Below are positions 61,017-64,000 of a stretch of DNA of 64,000 nt, piece by piece. Numbering within the stretch: the stretch's first letter is position 1; every line of letters starts with the position of its first letter. Made by a program: the position numbers and the translations under genes. The notes below the pieces were generated by a model. It did not search any database, was not told the DNA's origin, and was given only the letters and a program-made list of their open reading frames with translations. Source of the DNA: an uncultured Bdellovibrio sp. (GTDB lineage Bacteria; Bdellovibrionota; Bdellovibrionia; Bdellovibrionales; Bdellovibrionaceae); NCBI GenBank assembly GCA_963932905.1, contig CAWVRN010000001.1, positions 507,391-571,390 on the forward strand, given 5' to 3'.

Positions 61017-61211
61017 CTACTTTGACTTAACTTTTACATGAGAGGACTCGTGGCTGAAAAATCTAGGACTACCCCAAGTAGATGAGCGTGAATCATAAAT
61101 CGCTTTAGCTTGGGCTTTCCAAACCCAATTTTGAAATTGATCTAAATTTCCTGTTGCTGCGTATAACAATACAATCGCAGCTACCCACGCCATTAATTTA
61201 TCTAAGTTCAT
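61017..61211 (-). CDS. Small hypothetical membrane protein
   Basis: GGAGG RBS, hydrophobic helix, overlaps end of 61198 ORF. Confidence 0.6.
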   Translation of the reverse strand: MNLDKLMAWVAAIVLLYAATGNLDQFQNWVWKAQAKAIYDSRSSTWGSPRFFSHESSHVKVKSK

Positions 61212-61707
61212 ATTTACCTCCACTTTTCAGAATGACCGATTTGTTTTCAAATCGATTGATAATTTTGACAATTGAATTTCGATTCCATTTTTGAGCACAT
61301 CTAGGTCTTATTTTTTTCTCGTTTAAGCTGTCAGCGATGCGATTCGGATTAGTACCACTTTTCCATAGCTCATGAATCAGTTGGAGATTCACAAACTCTC
61401 TCGGATCGGGAATAACTTGGCCCTGAAAGAAACAGAAACCAAAATATGGTGCTGCATTTGTCTTGGCTGAATCTCGTATTGCAGTTGAAAAAGGTGCAGG
61501 AATACTAGATCTGATTCTAACGCCAGCCTTTACCAGAGCAGATCTTATAGTCGTTTTTGGCTTTCCAGTCTGCTTTGCTATATCTGATAAAGATAGCCCA
61601 TTGCTGTAAAGGTCCACCAAATTTTCGAAAACTCTTTGCCTTTCGGCGCCAGAAAACGTAGTCTTTCTGTGGACTTGTGAAAGTTCAGGTAAGTAGTGAT
61701 TCCCGCT
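61198..61707 (-). CDS. Start-less HTH + recombinase-domain module; predicted C-terminus of the integrase after excision
   Basis: Open from the att core to the stop at 61198; LYSNGLSLSDIAKQTG HTH; APYFGF..IHELW..IADSLNEKKIRPR..WNRNSI resembles the integrase recombinase domain; in-frame TAG at 61717-61719, no SD. Confidence 0.8.
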   Translation of the reverse strand, partial: SGNHYLPELSQVHRKTTFSGAERQRVFENLVDLYSNGLSLSDIAKQTGKPKTTIRSALVKAGVRIRSSIPAPFSTAIRDSAKTNAAPYFGFCFFQGQVIPDPREFVNLQLIHELWKSGTNPNRIADSLNEKKIRPRCAQKWNRNSIVKIINRFENKSVILKSGGKYELR

Positions 61708-61716
61708 ACCATTTTT
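61681..61716. repeat. Right attachment junction (element arm + core)
   Basis: AAGTTCAGGTAA 61681-61692, core CTACCA 61706-61711. Confidence 0.85.
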
Positions 61717-61816
61717 CTAGATATTGAAATCATTGATAAATTCCTAATGCCAAAATCAAGGTATTCGAACCATTCATGTCGGTTTGAGTTTTTGCTAATT
61801 GAAAACTTGAGTTTTT

Positions 61817-61841
61817 AAATACAATGGGTTACATTGTATTT
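61817..61841. promoter_or_regulatory. TA operon operator palindrome
   Basis: AAATACAATG-N5-CATTGTATTT abutting the brnT ATG. Confidence 0.6.
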
Positions 61842-62043
61842 ATGGTCATTGTTTGGGATGAAAAGAAAGCCAAATCAAATTTAACGAAGCACGGTGTTAG
61901 TTTTGAGGAGGCGCAAACAGTTTTCTTTAAAGTTAAATCTTTTAGTAGTTGTTTATGCATATAAACATCACGATGAGATTCGAATAGTCTCTGCTCGAAA
62001 GGCCACAAAGAAGGAGGCTAAATTTTATGAAGAAAGAATATGA
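61842..62043 (+). pseudogene. brnT: BrnT toxin pseudogene (internal deletion and frameshift)
   Basis: MVIVWDEKKAKSNLTKHGVSFEEAQTVF in one frame, LLVVVY..IRIVSARKATKKE in another. Confidence 0.8.
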
Positions 62044-62275
62044 TTTTTCTAAAGGAAAAGTACGCAAATCACCAATTGCTGATCCTAAGGCGACAAAAGT
62101 GCAAACAAGTATTCGCATGGACTTCGAAGTTATGGAATGGGCCCAAAAAGAAGCGGAAAAGCTGGGCGTTGGATATCAAACTTTTCTTAATATGAAACTA
62201 AAGGAAATAATGAATAAGCCCTCCATTGAGGAGCGTGTAGATCTTCTTGAAAAGAAAATTCTTAAGCGCGCTTAG
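62027..62275 (+). CDS. brnA: BrnA-family antitoxin
   Basis: MKKEYDFSKG, SIRMD, GYQTFLN. Confidence 0.85.
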   Translation: MKKEYDFSKGKVRKSPIADPKATKVQTSIRMDFEVMEWAQKEAEKLGVGYQTFLNMKLKEIMNKPSIEERVDLLEKKILKRA

Positions 62276-62296
62276 AGATATGATCTGAGGTCAATT

Positions 62297-62965
62297 ATGG
62301 CAAAGAAAGTTAGCAAGAAGGTCACAACAGTCCGTGAACATCCTATGCACGTTCCCGTTAGTGAAAAAAATCCAACAGGAATTACGATCAGAGATCAACA
62401 TGAAAGGCGTTTAAAAGGGACTTATCTTGACTCAGGTGAAATAGAAGACGTTTTTAAAAATTATGATAAGAATAGTATAGTTTACCCGACTAAAAATAAA
62501 CTGACTCAACCTAATAGTGACAAATACGACGATGCAATTGCAGTGTGGTGCGATTACTTCAACAAAAAATTTAATACCAACCCACCCTTGGAACCAAACG
62601 TAGTTAAAGCCTTATTTGCAAGTGAATCAGATTTCAAAGTGGATCCGAAAAACCCTAGCGCTACGGGCATAGCTCAGATTACACCCGAGACTCTAAAGGC
62701 CTTACAAGATCCTAATGGTGAGGTGAAGGAGTTCGTTTTTAAAAATATTAGGAAGAAAGATTTAAAAAATCCAGATGTTGCAATTCCTATGGCTATTAGA
62801 TGGTTATCACGCAAAAAAAGATTAGCTGAAGGAAAACTGGGGCGAGCAGTAACTGCTGAAGAAATTATTTTAGAGTATAAAGGTCTTTTAAAAAGCAAAA
62901 GTGAATTTAAAGAAAAAGCTATTAAAAAATTCAGGAAAGAATATGGTAAGCTTACTGAAAAATAA
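62297..62965 (+). CDS. SLT/lysozyme-like transglycosylase domain protein
   Basis: VKAL..SES.F...ATGIAQI; no signal peptide. Confidence 0.7.
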   Translation: MAKKVSKKVTTVREHPMHVPVSEKNPTGITIRDQHERRLKGTYLDSGEIEDVFKNYDKNSIVYPTKNKLTQPNSDKYDDAIAVWCDYFNKKFNTNPPLEPNVVKALFASESDFKVDPKNPSATGIAQITPETLKALQDPNGEVKEFVFKNIRKKDLKNPDVAIPMAIRWLSRKKRLAEGKLGRAVTAEEIILEYKGLLKSKSEFKEKAIKKFRKEYGKLTEK

Positions 62966-63452
62966 ATATTCGATTATTATTTTACTTTTTTTATCTCTGA
63001 ATGGTTGCGTTACTTCACTATATTCTGCCGGTAAACCAAATGCACTTGGAACGGATATACAAGTCACTCCGGATAGAATCATCACAGAATGTGAGTTTAT
63101 TACAGATTATGATGGCGACCGCAAAAGTCCCTATGGTTTCATGATACACATTTTAGACTTACAAAATACCGTGCTAACTGTCAGTAATGGGGTTGTCCTT
63201 GAAAAAGAAGATTGTTTAGAAAGGCAAACCACGGCAGATAAGATTATTAAAAATGCCCAGATCGTTACTGTGAGAGGTCGTGGAGATGCAGAAACTCCTA
63301 TCATTAAGGAAGAGTTTAAGCACACCTTCAAAAAGCACGGAACTTATTTTAGTAACGGCCGTAGCCTCAATTTTCTAGCTATTTGGAATGATAAAGGGGA
63401 GTGTCATAGCGGATTTAAAGGGGAAGATGATCCATGTCCACATCATCCCTAG
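62943..63452 (+). CDS. Hypothetical lipoprotein
   Basis: Lipobox LNGC; overlaps SLT gene end. Confidence 0.65.
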   Translation: MVSLLKNKYSIIILLFLSLNGCVTSLYSAGKPNALGTDIQVTPDRIITECEFITDYDGDRKSPYGFMIHILDLQNTVLTVSNGVVLEKEDCLERQTTADKIIKNAQIVTVRGRGDAETPIIKEEFKHTFKKHGTYFSNGRSLNFLAIWNDKGECHSGFKGEDDPCPHHP

Positions 63453-63464
63453 CTTACTTTTGAG

Positions 63465-63887
63465 TCAATACAATCGGGCAATTTCCTTTAAATTCGGTTT
63501 TTCTTTCTTCCACTGAACCTTGTAAACACGTCCTATGCTTAATTCGGTTGGTTCGATTACAATAGCGTCGGGCCTACCAATTTTTCCTATAAGCGAACCG
63601 GAGATCGACAGATTCTGGTTCAAACCATCTGCCGCTAAACGAGAGCGGCGACGAAACTCCAAATTATCGGCAGACGAATCGATATCGGCAGCCTTAGGTT
63701 GCGGATTCGATCCGTCACGTGCGTCAGCACTCAACCAAAACACAACCTTCATCTTATCCTTGGTCACGATAATTCTCTTGATGGCGCGTCTTAAAAGACG
63801 TTTCTTCGGGGTATTAGTCGCCTTTGACCATCCCTTAATTAGATCTTTTATATTCTCTTTAGCGAACTTCACTTGATCCTTAACCAA
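63465..63887 (-). pseudogene. Relic C-terminal fragment of a related LSR reading through an attP-like site
   Basis: GWSKAT..KRLLRRAIK.IIVT..FW and NQNLSI.GS..KIGR match the 16281 integrase. Confidence 0.8.
63550..63599. repeat. attP-like site of a second element
   Basis: GGTTCGATTA / TAAGCGAACC arms centred on CT 63574-63575 of CCTACCAATTTT. Confidence 0.7.
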
Positions 63888-64000
63888 TGTTTACCAGCAG
63901 GCCAGTGTATCGGAACTTGCTAGTGTAACTGGAAGCGCTAAAGTGTTTAGACAAGCGCAAGTTAAAGGTAATTCAAAGATTAACAAAGACACACAAGTAG
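63886..64000 (+). pseudogene. Start-less hexapeptide-repeat (LbH-like) fragment
   Basis: NVYQQASVSELASVTGSAKVFRQAQVKGNSKI; in-frame TGA at 63874, no start. Confidence 0.35.

Larger units (their letters stand above)
16297..61711. mobile_element. Integrative conjugative element (~45.4 kb) in the tRNA(CAT) 3' end
   Basis: CTACCA core at both ends, symmetric reconstituted attP, LSR, relaxase-like gene, VirD4/VirB genes, cargo. Confidence 0.9.

Noticed and set aside
63573..63584. 12-bp direct repeat CCTACCAATTTT of the tRNA end as the ICE right boundary
   Set aside because: Longer match than the 61706 core, but its left arm pairs with its own right arm. Only 61681-61692 is the perfect inverse of the left-junction arm.
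1..64000. CRISPR array, rRNA or IS transposase
   Set aside because: No regularly spaced repeats, rRNA-like tract or transposase motifs were seen by eye.

Overview
Bacterial chromosome segment, probably Bdellovibrionota-like (inferred from gene content only). Bases 1-16.3 kb are host core: phaR-like, TPR-lolB, prkA/yeaG-yeaH-spoVR, yciH, tadA, rpsU-yqeY-dnaG-rpoD and a tRNA(CAT). A ~45.4-kb integrative conjugative element (ICE, 16297-61711) is inserted in the tRNA 3' end. It carries a large serine recombinase (LSR), a MOBC/Replic_Relax-like relaxase with a long hairpin, a compact VirB/VirD4 T4SS, and a sigma54-activator/secreted peptide/OppA/mini-YcaO/histidine kinase module directly upstream of the transfer operon. 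Its ~24-kb cargo holds an ArsS/ArsM arsenosugar cluster, a ynjA-F-like cluster, an ECF sigma/anti-sigma pair with four matching promoters, and a persulfide-detoxification cluster. Main discovery: attP lies inside the LSR gene. Joining the ICE ends at the central CT rebuilds a symmetric 52-bp attP and fuses the 606-aa integrase in frame to a start-less 169-aa HTH plus recombinase-like module at the far end, predicting a 770-aa excision-specific enzyme. A relic of a related element at 63.5-63.9 kb preserves the same read-through across an intact attP-like site. All family assignments are from motif recognition by eye; no database searches were run.
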